A stretch of 64,000 nt of DNA, from the IMG/VR virus record IMGVR_UViG_3300023202_000163, positions 1-64,000 of that record; one strand, given 5' to 3'. Made by a program: the position numbers and the translations under genes. This document shows positions 41,425 through 58,529 of this stretch, in pieces (within the stretch, counting starts at the first letter, position 1; each line of letters opens with the position of its first letter). A model generated the notes under the pieces. It was given only the letters and a program-made list of their open reading frames with translations, had not been told where the DNA came from and did no database searches. Origin of the DNA: a virus.

Positions 41425-43719
41425 ATGGATCTAAACAAAGTACGAAAAGCTCTAGGACATGATGTTAAAGCAGGGACCCCCGGAGAACTTGACCCCGCTG
41501 TCGGGCCCGGTGGCGGAACCCATAACACCGATATAGAAATTGCCGACGATGTGGTGAAACTAGTAGACACTAATTCCCCCGACACGAAAGACCTTGAGAC
41601 TCGTGCATACGAAGGAGGAACCGAAGAAGACGGAACTCTTCCTCCTTATGACGGAGAATCTAGTGTTGATGGAATTCCCACTATCCCGGACACACTAGCG
41701 GCTGCCGAAGGTAGCGACGCTGGGGACAAACAAAAAAATAAAGGTGGCGGTGGTCCTTCAGTACAACTGCCCGATACATTGGAGGATGAAGTGGCCGTGG
41801 ATCCTAAAGACCCTCACGCATCTGCCGCAGTTGCACTAACAACTGACGACGTTTCAGATCTTAGAAAAATTATGGCAGAGCCTACTTCTGAGAATATCAA
41901 GAGGGCTGTAGCGGCTCTACAGTGGTTAGACAGAAATCCTCGCCACGCCAAGCGTTCCACAGTGCAGGCCGGCATCGACAATTGGCAGCCTACTTTAGCA
42001 CAGGCTAATGAGACCCAGGCTCGCTATGGTTTCGAATATTTACATACAGAAGCTGCTGCGGAAAAGGGTAATTCTGAAAAAACTAAAAAAGTAATGTCTT
42101 GGCTGAAGAAATATCTAACATCCAAAAAGATTTCTATAGCCCGAGAATTTCTCTCTTCCGAAGAGGCTAAAACCAACAAAGAACTAGCACGACAGATAAG
42201 AGCATGGCTTGTAGAGGCTGTGGATCAGGTTACTGAAAATAAAGAAGATGTAGGACTGGAAGACATCACTCTGTACGGGCCTCAAAATGGAAGCTCTGCT
42301 CATCTACCAGGAAAGGAAGATGGTGGTTTTACAGAGCCTAAAGTTGTGTCTGTTGAGGACGTACCGTTTAAAGACCCCGCCCGACACCCCGCAGAAGCAG
42401 GAGCAGAGGTAGACGAGCAAACAGGTTCTCCTTCCCAGGATCCTGAGGCTGTTGATTCTGACTCTTTCAAAGCAAAAAATCACGATCGAGCCAAAGAAAC
42501 TCATACACCGACTGCTGGCAAGAAAGCCCATGCTATGGGTATGGGTATGGACATGGGGCATGCTATGCCGGAAGAAGTAACAGAACCTCCTGTTCCTGGC
42601 ATGCCCGGACCGATGGGTGCTCCCGAAGAGGCTCCGCTTCCTCAGATGCCGGGCATGGATCCTGGTATGGACCATGGTTTAGGACTAGAGCCACAAGAAG
42701 GCCTACCCCCAGTCCTTCCTGAAGAAGGCGACCCTGCTGCGGCTATGGGCCCAATGGGTGGTCACGGCGGAGGTGCTCCTATGGCTCCGGCCGCTGGACC
42801 GGACGCAGATCACAATATGGGAGATATGGGCCAATCCCTAGAGGAATGGCTACAGGAGGAGCTTATGGAACCCGGTCACCAGGACCCTGCTGAGTCCGCT
42901 CATGTAGAAATGCTTTCTAACTTTGATGAAATTGGCCCTGTTACTTCTGATGATGTTGTAATGGCCCTTTACGGTGAGGATCAGGAGAATCCACACTGGA
43001 ATATCGACATCAAGGGAAGACCAGTGGCTCGCGTTGAGCTGTCAGATCAGCCCAAGCCTGAGGAAGTAAGAAGTACATTCCTAAGTGCTCCTTACGCTGA
43101 GAATATCGCCCAAGCCATGGCAAAGGTAGGTGTTTCTGAGGTTCTTGAAGCTATCAATGCTAAGCCCTATGCTGCTAAAGTAGAAGTAGGTGCCTTGGCG
43201 GATAAAATCCGAGCTAAGGTGGCTGCGGAACACGAAGCTAAGTACGCAAAAGCAGTAGGGGAACTTAGAGAAAGATTCTTGACTGCTGCTAAAATTGCCC
43301 TATCTGGTTATAACTCTAATTTCTTCAGAGGTGAAGATCATCAACTCAAAGCTGCTCTTTGGAGCGAGCTGAAGAGACTCGGTGTTCGTGATGCTGCTGG
43401 AGTTATAGAAGCTTCTTTTGAGGAAGGAGCAGTACCGTTCTTTGAGGCGGTACTCTCCAAGGCTGAAGAACTGATGGATCTGCCTACGGAGGCTCGCGAA
43501 GCCATTGCTAGAGCTATCCCTCAGAGTAATGCCCTTGTGGCGGCAAGTGCCGACTCCGGGGAAGAATTGCCCGAGCACGAGACTCTCGCCTCTGTTCTGG
43601 AATCGGGGAATGTACCTTTTACAGCTCCTAGAGCTGACAATCAGGTAATTTCTTCTCGATCCGAGTTCCGAGACGGTCTACGAGCCCGGGTTCGTCTATC
43701 AACGTATCGGTCTAGCTAA
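41425..43719 (+). CDS. Prohead scaffolding/core protein
   Basis: Acidic, Pro/Gly/Met-rich N-terminal part and helical C-terminal part; precedes the decoration and capsid genes. Confidence 0.75.
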   Translation: MDLNKVRKALGHDVKAGTPGELDPAVGPGGGTHNTDIEIADDVVKLVDTNSPDTKDLETRAYEGGTEEDGTLPPYDGESSVDGIPTIPDTLAAAEGSDAGDKQKNKGGGGPSVQLPDTLEDEVAVDPKDPHASAAVALTTDDVSDLRKIMAEPTSENIKRAVAALQWLDRNPRHAKRSTVQAGIDNWQPTLAQANETQARYGFEYLHTEAAAEKGNSEKTKKVMSWLKKYLTSKKISIAREFLSSEEAKTNKELARQIRAWLVEAVDQVTENKEDVGLEDITLYGPQNGSSAHLPGKEDGGFTEPKVVSVEDVPFKDPARHPAEAGAEVDEQTGSPSQDPEAVDSDSFKAKNHDRAKETHTPTAGKKAHAMGMGMDMGHAMPEEVTEPPVPGMPGPMGAPEEAPLPQMPGMDPGMDHGLGLEPQEGLPPVLPEEGDPAAAMGPMGGHGGGAPMAPAAGPDADHNMGDMGQSLEEWLQEELMEPGHQDPAESAHVEMLSNFDEIGPVTSDDVVMALYGEDQENPHWNIDIKGRPVARVELSDQPKPEEVRSTFLSAPYAENIAQAMAKVGVSEVLEAINAKPYAAKVEVGALADKIRAKVAAEHEAKYAKAVGELRERFLTAAKIALSGYNSNFFRGEDHQLKAALWSELKRLGVRDAAGVIEASFEEGAVPFFEAVLSKAEELMDLPTEAREAIARAIPQSNALVAASADSGEELPEHETLASVLESGNVPFTAPRADNQVISSRSEFRDGLRARVRLSTYRSS

Positions 43720-43775
43720 TTATACTTATAGTTATAATTAAAAGTTAGCCACAAGAAAAGGAAAAGGAATACAAT

Positions 43776-44495
43776 ATGTCCTACGATCTTAAACGAAGTC
43801 ATTTCTCTATAATTCTAGAGAAAGAAGTTCTTCCTGGTGAGGTTCTTACCGAGGAAGGTGTCCTATTAACTGCTTCTCTAGACCCTGCTACAGGCACTGA
43901 GAAGGTGGCAGCCACCGCCGGTTTAGCTACTGACGTTGTTGCTGGTTTTGCTATCCGCGATAACGCGGACAATGCTACAACCTCAGAAGTAGAGGAACTG
44001 ACTGTTCCTTCTGCTCCGAATCCTCTTGTCGTGCAGCTTAGCAACAATAACCTTGTTGCTACCCAGGTTAGAGTAGTTGCTGAAACCACAGGCGCTTTGA
44101 CTGAGGGTAACCCTGCTAACGCAGGTGAGTTCTCCGCTAACGATGCTACTGGTGTCCTAACCTTCAATGCTGCTGAAGCTGGTCAGGCTATTACGGTAAC
44201 TTACCGCTATAACCTAACTGTAGCAGAAGCAAGACTGAAGTTCTTCCAGAGAAACATCAACAACGAGGCAAGCGCTCTGTTTGGTCAGGTAGGCGTTGGC
44301 CATGGTCACGGTGAAATCTTCACAGACCAGTTTGATGCTTCTGTGGATTGGGCAAGTGCTGCTACTATTAACTCTGGAGCAGGTGGTCAGGTAACATCTG
44401 GTGGAACAGGCGTGGAACTAGACGCTCGTGTTATCAGTGTGCCTAATGTTAACAACCCACTCTTGGGTATCGCATTCGATCTTGGTGGGAACTAA
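43776..44495 (+). CDS. Head decoration/cement protein
   Basis: Beta-rich, Ala/Gly/Thr-rich, directly upstream of the capsid gene, highly biased codons. Confidence 0.7.
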   Translation: MSYDLKRSHFSIILEKEVLPGEVLTEEGVLLTASLDPATGTEKVAATAGLATDVVAGFAIRDNADNATTSEVEELTVPSAPNPLVVQLSNNNLVATQVRVVAETTGALTEGNPANAGEFSANDATGVLTFNAAEAGQAITVTYRYNLTVAEARLKFFQRNINNEASALFGQVGVGHGHGEIFTDQFDASVDWASAATINSGAGGQVTSGGTGVELDARVISVPNVNNPLLGIAFDLGGN

Positions 44496-44517
44496 CACCA
44501 ATATTGAGTAACATTAC

Positions 44518-44543
44518 CCCAGGGGTAGGAAACTACCCCTGGG
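44518..44543 (+). terminator. Strong GAAA-tetraloop hairpin (terminator or mRNA stabiliser)
   Basis: CCCAGGGGTAG-GAAA-CTACCCCTGGG followed by only a weak T tract. Confidence 0.6.
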
Positions 44544-44674
44544 TATTTAAAAACCTAGGGAGAGCAACTAGGCTGACTTATCAAGGATTATCTCGTAGCG
44601 TGACAAGTTACGAAAACGCTCATGGTGCAAACAGTAATTATTAACTCTTAGCTTTAATAGAGGAGAAAAAACAA

Positions 44675-45811
44675 ATGGCTAAGAATCCTTATTTAGCACG
44701 TCCGGCTTATGTCGGTCGTAATGGGGACGCCCTAACCGACGGCGGCGCTCGGGCTGGTCGGCGTAATCCGCGTTCCGGCACCATGATTCAGTCTTCTACT
44801 GAGTCACTAGTTGCAGGTAACGGTGAATTAAATGCCGGCTCTAAGCGTGAGCTTATGCAGGCAATTGCGTCTCTACAGAACATGGTACAGGCTGGCGATG
44901 TACGCAGAGCCACCCCACAGGAGCAGTACGGTGATATCGTACAGGCTCGTAGAGAACTTGTAGAAGCAGCTTACGCTGATAAAAACGGCGAGGGTTGGCA
45001 AGTTCTAGGTGAAGTAATCGGTGAAGAAATCTGGGAAACCTTAGGACGTGAAGGTTTCGCTCGGAAGACCCTTCTTATCAAGCCTCTGGGCAAAGGTGAG
45101 ACTGGTCGTCTGCGCGTTCGACGTAAGGATGTTATCTCGTTCTTCGTAACGAGTGACCCTAACGTGATTGCGTCTCAGGTTCGCCAGTTCTACATCTACC
45201 CACCCGAGTTCTATCTGATTGCGCACATCACGCTTGAGGACAAAGAAATCGAGCAGGCTTCCGGAGACCTTCTGGACGACAAGTACCAGGACGGACTTGA
45301 GCAGATCATGGTTCGTGAGGACAACGTATGGCGTAATCTAATTAACGCTGCTGCGGGTGCTTCTAACGACTTGTTCCTGTTCAACACCTTTACACCGACT
45401 GTGTTCTCTACCATGAGAACGCAGATTGCTCGGTGGGGTATTCCGGTAACCGGTGCAATCATTGCATTCGATCTCTGGGACGACATCATTGCTGACACCG
45501 AGTTCAGCACTTGGTTCGACCCGGTATCCAAGCACGAGCTTGTTCTTGAAGGCTCTCTTGGTAACATCCTTGGTGTTAACCTCATCACGGACGCTTTCCG
45601 ACACGATACCTTGCAGGTTCTACAGCCCGGCGAAGTTTACTTCGTAGGTGCTCCGCAGACCCTTGGTGGTATCACTCAGCGGAAAGAGCTAGCTACCGAG
45701 TCCATCAACAAGTACAATCAGGGTAAACCTGAGCGTGGTTGGTTCATGGAAACCATCGAGGGCATGTCAATTGTGAACTCAAGAGCTGTCACAAGGGGCA
45801 ATAGAGTCTAA
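44675..45811 (+). CDS. Major capsid protein
   Basis: Strong RBS GAGGAG, strongest codon bias in the window, followed by a terminator; NGELNA, PPEF, GDLLD, IMVRED.W, DPVSKHEL..G.LG and RGW motifs recalled from PaBG/Yoloswag/JA11-like capsids. Confidence 0.88.
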   Translation: MAKNPYLARPAYVGRNGDALTDGGARAGRRNPRSGTMIQSSTESLVAGNGELNAGSKRELMQAIASLQNMVQAGDVRRATPQEQYGDIVQARRELVEAAYADKNGEGWQVLGEVIGEEIWETLGREGFARKTLLIKPLGKGETGRLRVRRKDVISFFVTSDPNVIASQVRQFYIYPPEFYLIAHITLEDKEIEQASGDLLDDKYQDGLEQIMVREDNVWRNLINAAAGASNDLFLFNTFTPTVFSTMRTQIARWGIPVTGAIIAFDLWDDIIADTEFSTWFDPVSKHELVLEGSLGNILGVNLITDAFRHDTLQVLQPGEVYFVGAPQTLGGITQRKELATESINKYNQGKPERGWFMETIEGMSIVNSRAVTRGNRV

Positions 45812-45901
45812 GCAATTTCAATGACTTAAAGCTATATTTGCTTATTATGGTAAAAATAGTTACGAGTTTAGTTGCACATAGACAAATAAAGACCTAAGTG
45901 G

Positions 45902-45937
45902 GGCCGGGATAGGAAACTATCCCGGCCTTATCTTTTT
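45902..45937 (+). terminator. Rho-independent terminator after the capsid gene
   Basis: GGCCGGGATAG-GAAA-CTATCCCGGCC-TTATCTTTTT. Confidence 0.85.
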
Positions 45938-45970
45938 AAGGCGGAAAATAAAGAAATTTGCTTTTAAGGG

Positions 45971-45998
45971 TTGCATCTATCGTAATCTGTGCTATAAT
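45971..45998 (+). promoter_or_regulatory. sigma70-type promoter
   Basis: TTGCAT-N16-TATAAT with extended TG; AGGAG RBS before 46038. Confidence 0.7.
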
Positions 45999-46037
45999 AT
46001 CTTAGAAATATTGTTAATTTTGACTTAGGAGTTATAT

Positions 46038-47138
46038 ATGGCTAAAGCAGATCGTGGACATGCTGATAAATTCAAAGAAATTGATGGAGAATTAAATAAA
46101 ATATGCCCTACTTGTGAAAGTAGAAATAGAGATCCATGGCATCCTCTTACAGGAGCTTATTATGGGGTGAGGAAACACGCATCAACTGGTTTTCAATCCA
46201 GATGTAAAAAATGTTTCTACGAAGATCGGAAAGTTAAAAGATCTACCCAATCCGTGAGTCAGCTAGAAAAGCCTCTAAAGAAAACCTGTAAGAACTGTCC
46301 TAAATGTAAGCAATGGAAACCCCATGCCGAGTTTTATAAAAACAAAAATAAAGCAGATGATCTATCTTCTGAGTGTAAAGAATGCAATAAAAAAGCTGTT
46401 GCTGCTAACACCAAAAAGAAGAGACAAGCCAAAATATTAGAGCTTTCTAAACAATCCCCTAAGACCACAAAGTTTTGTCCTGATTGCGGCGAAGAAAGAC
46501 CGTTTTCGGAATTCGGAAAACGTTCAGACAGAAAAGACGGATTTAAGCCCTATTGTAAGAAACACACGAACGAGAGACAAAAACAATATTATCACGAAAA
46601 CCCAGAATTTGCTGATAAAAATAGAGCTGCTTCTCGAAAATGGGCTAAGGACAATCCAGAAAAGCACAACGCTAAAACTAAACGGTGGTACCACGAGAAC
46701 GAAGATAATATCGCTAAGAGAAACAAAATATCTCTTGAATGGCACTCTCAAAACAAAGAAAGAGTTAGAACTAGGCAGAGAGTATACGAAAAAGAAAGAT
46801 ACAATTCAGACCCTAACTACAAACTTAGAAAGCTCCTGCGCAGTCGAATTTATAACATTTTTCGGTCCGCAGCTAGAACAGGCGACAAAGCAGGCTCTCA
46901 CGTAAAAGATCTAGGATGTTCTATCGAGGAGCTTATTTCTTACATAGAAGCCAAATTTGCCCCTGGAATGTCTTGGGACAATCATGGAACTGTCTGGGAA
47001 TTGGATCACATTGAGCCGTTGGCTTCGTTTGATCTAACAGACAGAGACCAATTTTTGGAGGCATGCTGCTACACTAATTTGCAGCCTCTTACTATCGAAG
47101 AGCATTTAGAAAAAACCAGTAAAGAAGTTGGCAGATAA
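46038..47138 (+). CDS. HNH endonuclease with repeated CxxC zinc-binding modules
   Basis: Three CxxC...CK.C/H repeats; WELDHIEPLASFDL...YTNLQPL..EEH. Confidence 0.85.
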   Translation: MAKADRGHADKFKEIDGELNKICPTCESRNRDPWHPLTGAYYGVRKHASTGFQSRCKKCFYEDRKVKRSTQSVSQLEKPLKKTCKNCPKCKQWKPHAEFYKNKNKADDLSSECKECNKKAVAANTKKKRQAKILELSKQSPKTTKFCPDCGEERPFSEFGKRSDRKDGFKPYCKKHTNERQKQYYHENPEFADKNRAASRKWAKDNPEKHNAKTKRWYHENEDNIAKRNKISLEWHSQNKERVRTRQRVYEKERYNSDPNYKLRKLLRSRIYNIFRSAARTGDKAGSHVKDLGCSIEELISYIEAKFAPGMSWDNHGTVWELDHIEPLASFDLTDRDQFLEACCYTNLQPLTIEEHLEKTSKEVGR

Positions 47139-47381
47139 TCTTTAGAATCTCTTATTTCTTATTTAGAAGTTGACCGCAAAAATGAATAAAATAGGGAAAT
47201 AATTATATTAAATCTCTAATCTCTATTAGAGACATGTCGTTAAAAACCTACAACCATTATTTACAAATGGTCACAAATATAAACCCGAATAACCAATATT
47301 TGTGCATTTGTTAGAAATATGGTACAATTAGATATACTAATCTCTTATGTATAGACTAAGAGATTTGAATAGGAGAAAAAT

Positions 47382-47708
47382 ATGACCCGGGCACGTAGAC
47401 TTCTTACTCTGGCTTACAGAGCCAATCAGAGAGGCGAAACAGAAATTGCTTCAAGAATTGCTACTATGGCATTCGCCCAAGAAGATGCTGCTTCTTTGTT
47501 CGAAGAAATTAACTCCGAAACAGAAATAGCAGACGAGTCAGTCAGTACGGTACGAAAAGCGGAAGCTTTGCTACGAACAGCAGAAGCCTCCACGGATGGA
47601 GATGTTCTTACTGCTGAAGGTAAAAGAAGTATCTTAGCTATTGCAGAAAAAGCACATAAAGCAGGATTTCCTAAAGTTGCGAAATCTTTAGTTCGTGTAG
47701 CCTATTAA
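47382..47708 (+). CDS. Hypothetical small virion protein
   Basis: AGGAG RBS, Ala-rich, 108 aa. Confidence 0.7.
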   Translation: MTRARRLLTLAYRANQRGETEIASRIATMAFAQEDAASLFEEINSETEIADESVSTVRKAEALLRTAEASTDGDVLTAEGKRSILAIAEKAHKAGFPKVAKSLVRVAY

Positions 47709-47793
47709 TTTATATTAAAGGAAAGACGAAATAAGAAAAGGCAGCCTTATCCTGTTATAAGGTGCTTTAGAATAAGAGTAAAGGACGATATAA

Positions 47794-48981
<1,188 letters not shown>

Positions 48982-49084
48982 TAGAGTATAAACAGAACCA
49001 ATGCTTATGTTTATTATAGTGAATGCGAGCCCTGCCGCTTGATAGCAGAGGCGCATTAGAATATAACGCTCAATGCGAGACTAG

Positions 49085-54942
<5,858 letters not shown>

Positions 54943-54948
54943 GAGATA

Positions 54949-55854
54949 GTGAGTAATAATCTGATTTATATTCCATCTTCCTTTATTTCTTTGCCGGAAA
55001 ATCAGGTTTCGTTGCTGATAAATGAAGACAGAACTTTAGAGACTTTCACAGGCAGTCAGGGAAACCCCACACCTGGAGAAGGTAAGCACAATTTAAATAC
55101 TGCGGTAGGCGGAGAACAAAACCTTGGTTTTGGTGACGGGTCTACTCTAAGTATGTGGTTAAAATCTACATTTGCGGGCCCTAGCGCCCCAGAAAGATGG
55201 TCATTTACCTTAGAATCCGTTTTTTCCATGATTATCGATAATTCTACTAAGGTTACAGAGATTAATTATGGCTCATTAGTGCGAGATACACAATTTTTCG
55301 CTGATTTTTTTGAAAGCCAAAATTTGAGTAATTATCCTTTCAGTACTAGTGGCGTTTGGTCTCACGTTGTAATACAAACCCCAATTTTTCCAGATAATAA
55401 CATAAGAGTATGGTCTAATGGTACAGAGCTTACGCCGAATTCTATTTCCTTTTTTGGCAATGCTGGAATTTCTTTCGCCCCACGCGCTGTTGTGCTAGGA
55501 AACACCGGACCTTTTGCACCTGGTTTTGGTCCGACCAATCAACCTTTCCGAGGAAATTTAGGGCACATTGCGATGTGGAATGTACAATTAGACCAAACAA
55601 ATATAAATGAAATATTTAACCCTTCGGTTGGAAAACCATTCGATTTAGATTTGAACAGTAATTCTGGTGGTTATAATCAGTCAGCGAACTTAGTCCAATA
55701 TTGGAAGCCCGGAGCCATTAACAATATAAATCAATTTGGGGATTCTTTTAAAACCGGAGGACATAACCTACAGAATGGCTCTGACTTCAATGGATTAACC
55801 GCTTGGACCGTACAGATCCCATTAGTAAATCGTGTAGCTGACGTGCCTGTATAA
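54949..55854 (+). CDS. LamG/ConA-like domain virion protein
   Basis: TLSMWLK, WSHVVI, VWSNG, FRGNLGHIAMWNVQL, LVQYW. Confidence 0.75.
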   Translation: MSNNLIYIPSSFISLPENQVSLLINEDRTLETFTGSQGNPTPGEGKHNLNTAVGGEQNLGFGDGSTLSMWLKSTFAGPSAPERWSFTLESVFSMIIDNSTKVTEINYGSLVRDTQFFADFFESQNLSNYPFSTSGVWSHVVIQTPIFPDNNIRVWSNGTELTPNSISFFGNAGISFAPRAVVLGNTGPFAPGFGPTNQPFRGNLGHIAMWNVQLDQTNINEIFNPSVGKPFDLDLNSNSGGYNQSANLVQYWKPGAINNINQFGDSFKTGGHNLQNGSDFNGLTAWTVQIPLVNRVADVPV

Positions 55855-56259
55855 TTGCTAATACAAATTAAAGGACTCCGTAGCCCTATAGTATTATTTA
55901 ATATAGGAAGAACAAAATTAAATAAAGAGTTTAATAATTTAATGGAACCAACTAAGCGATACATAGTAGTTGTACTGGAGCCTGTAAAAAAAACCAGGAC
56001 GAGCGAAGTTGTCGGTAATTTAGGGCAAGCTTTAAGAACTGCTGATATTTATCCAACAAGGCCCAGCGTAATATTTAGCGGCCCTACTAAAATGTTGGTA
56101 CACGCAAAAGAAGCTTTGACCATACCTAAACAAAAATGGTTAAACACAAAAACATTTTTAGCACATTGTTACGCTATCGCTGCACTATTTGGGTTTAAGG
56201 TAGAAGTTATACAAAATGCAACAACATGGGACGTAAACAAAGCTAAGGAAATTGTATAA
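55855..56259 (+). CDS. Hypothetical protein (true start probably the internal MEPTK)
   Basis: ORF fills the gap and is coupled to the next gene. Confidence 0.55.
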   Translation: MLIQIKGLRSPIVLFNIGRTKLNKEFNNLMEPTKRYIVVVLEPVKKTRTSEVVGNLGQALRTADIYPTRPSVIFSGPTKMLVHAKEALTIPKQKWLNTKTFLAHCYAIAALFGFKVEVIQNATTWDVNKAKEIV

Positions 56260-58487
56260 TGGCACAAAACCCAGAAGATGCATTCGATACAGAAGAGGGG
56301 GCTTTAGGGGGTGGAGGCAGCGGCGGAAGCAGCCCAACAGCCTCTACTTCAGGACCTACTCCGCACAGAACACCAGTTTCTGACTTAACAGCACTTCAAG
56401 CAATATCCGATGGCAGAACAGGAGAAGTAGTTCTTGTTATCTCCAACAATACACTATATTCTCTGAACACCGATTTAACTTCTGCTCCTACAGGCTCTGT
56501 GCCAAGCCAAAGTGGTGGCTTTTGGGTTCCTGTCGGTACTGTCGGACCTACAGGTCCCCCAGGACCTCCGGGCGCGCCCACAGGAGAGACAGGAGAACGA
56601 GGACCTACTGGACCACAAGGAGTAGGTTTAGTTGGTCCTACCGGAGTTACTGGAGATGTTGGCCCCACGGGACCTAGAGGTTTCCGCGGCTTAGCAGGCT
56701 CAACGGGAAATTCCGGCACTACAGGACCTACTGGAGTATCGGTTACTGGGCCCACAGGATCTACTGGCTCTACGGGAGTTACAGGGACTACTGGAAATCC
56801 TGGACCTATGGGCCCTCCCGGACAAATAGGAAACACTGGGGCAGGAGAGACAGGAGCCACGGGACCTACAGGTTCTCAAGGACTTCAAGGCTCTACCGGT
56901 TTTACAGGCCCCCCAGGACCTCCTGGAGCAACAAACGGAAGCACAGGCCCGACCGGCCCCACAGGTCCTACGGGCTCTACTGGCCCTACCGGCCCGACCG
57001 GTCTACAGGGAGTTACAGGAGAAAAAGGCGCTACTGACGGCGCAACCGGAGCTACCGGCCCTACTGGAAATGATGGAAACACTGGACCCCAGGGTCCGGT
57101 AGGCTCTATTGGACCTACCGGAGAGACAGGAGCCAAAGGAGAGACAGGACCTATAGGCCCTCAAGGAAATACCGGAGAGGCTCCTCCTAATATTGTTTTA
57201 ACGGACGGATCTACTCCTATTTTAAGCACACAAGAAATACAGGACGGTATAGGTATAGGCACCTCTATTGTGTCCTCTAATCAAGCTATCAATTCCTTAA
57301 AAACCTCTACATCTTCCTTAGCAATTTTTAGAACCTCTAATCCAGGTTCCAATTCTGTCTTAGAATTGCGTTCTCAAGACGGCTCTGAAATATTTAGATT
57401 TTCAAAAAACAGTACTAAATGGAGTCTTAGAAACGACGAAACTGATAATTTTAGAATTGATAATCCCGGGGGATCAGCAATTTTTCAAATAGAGCCAGGA
57501 ATTACGCAAAAAGCTATACATATAGATTCCACAGGAGAAGTAGGCATAGGTACTTCCAACCCAGTCACAAAACTGGATGTAAACGGTGGAATCACTTCCA
57601 GAGGAAATTTAGTAGTTCAGAATAATTCTGGTGCTCCCGAAACAACATCCACAATAAAAATTGATAGCGGTTTAAGTAATGTACAAAATTCCGATTTAGC
57701 TTTGTCTGATAGAGGTACAAATAATTGGACTCTACGAAAAAATGTATTTAACGATTTTGTGCTAGTAGATAACGTAAATGGGCTATTCCCCTTAGTTGTG
57801 GTGAAGGGTGCAGCTACAAATACAATTAGAGTTGCCGCCAACAGTACTGTTGGTATAGGTACAGACACTCCTACAGCAAAATTAGAAGTCATCGGATCCT
57901 TTAAAGCGACGAGTGCAGAAATTGGTGGAAATTTAAGTTCTTCTGGATTTTTTGCAACCAACATAACAGCTCTAAATATTTTAACTTTAACTGCCGGAAC
58001 TATTAGTGACGGAGCGTCGAAAAATATAAATATATTTGAATCTGTAGTACCTTCAGGAGCTGTGCTGCCTTTTGCTAGTAATACAGTGCCTAATGGTTGG
58101 ATTCTTTGTGATGGACAAGCAATTAGTAGAGCAGGGTTTTCGGGGTTATTTTCCGCAATTGGAACAACCTACGGTGCAGGGGATGGAATTACTACATTTA
58201 ACGTACCTGATTTAAGATCCAGAGTACCTGTTGGTAAATTAACGGGCGATTCTGATTTTAATGCACTTAATGACCAAGGAGGAGAGAAGACACATACTCT
58301 TACTGAGCAGGAAATGCCTTCTCACACCCACGATATTCAAACTAATACAAGTAATTTTAATGGTTCTTTCACTCTTACAGGATTTAATGTTCAAGGACCC
58401 AATACCCAAACACTGGCCGCTGGTGGAGACCAGCCGCACAATAATCTTCAACCCTTTATCGTTTTAAATTACATTATAAAAACGTAG
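56259..58487 (+). CDS. Collagen-like fibre protein 4 with phage tail-collar domain
   Basis: Gly-X-Thr tract; PSGAVLPFA...[36 protein letters not shown]; HTH and HNNLQP tip. Confidence 0.92.
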   Translation: MAQNPEDAFDTEEGALGGGGSGGSSPTASTSGPTPHRTPVSDLTALQAISDGRTGEVVLVISNNTLYSLNTDLTSAPTGSVPSQSGGFWVPVGTVGPTGPPGPPGAPTGETGERGPTGPQGVGLVGPTGVTGDVGPTGPRGFRGLAGSTGNSGTTGPTGVSVTGPTGSTGSTGVTGTTGNPGPMGPPGQIGNTGAGETGATGPTGSQGLQGSTGFTGPPGPPGATNGSTGPTGPTGPTGSTGPTGPTGLQGVTGEKGATDGATGATGPTGNDGNTGPQGPVGSIGPTGETGAKGETGPIGPQGNTGEAPPNIVLTDGSTPILSTQEIQDGIGIGTSIVSSNQAINSLKTSTSSLAIFRTSNPGSNSVLELRSQDGSEIFRFSKNSTKWSLRNDETDNFRIDNPGGSAIFQIEPGITQKAIHIDSTGEVGIGTSNPVTKLDVNGGITSRGNLVVQNNSGAPETTSTIKIDSGLSNVQNSDLALSDRGTNNWTLRKNVFNDFVLVDNVNGLFPLVVVKGAATNTIRVAANSTVGIGTDTPTAKLEVIGSFKATSAEIGGNLSSSGFFATNITALNILTLTAGTISDGASKNINIFESVVPSGAVLPFASNTVPNGWILCDGQAISRAGFSGLFSAIGTTYGAGDGITTFNVPDLRSRVPVGKLTGDSDFNALNDQGGEKTHTLTEQEMPSHTHDIQTNTSNFNGSFTLTGFNVQGPNTQTLAAGGDQPHNNLQPFIVLNYIIKT

Positions 58488-58529
58488 ATTATCCTTTATC
58501 AAGAGAGCCAAAAACAGGTAGATGCGTAA

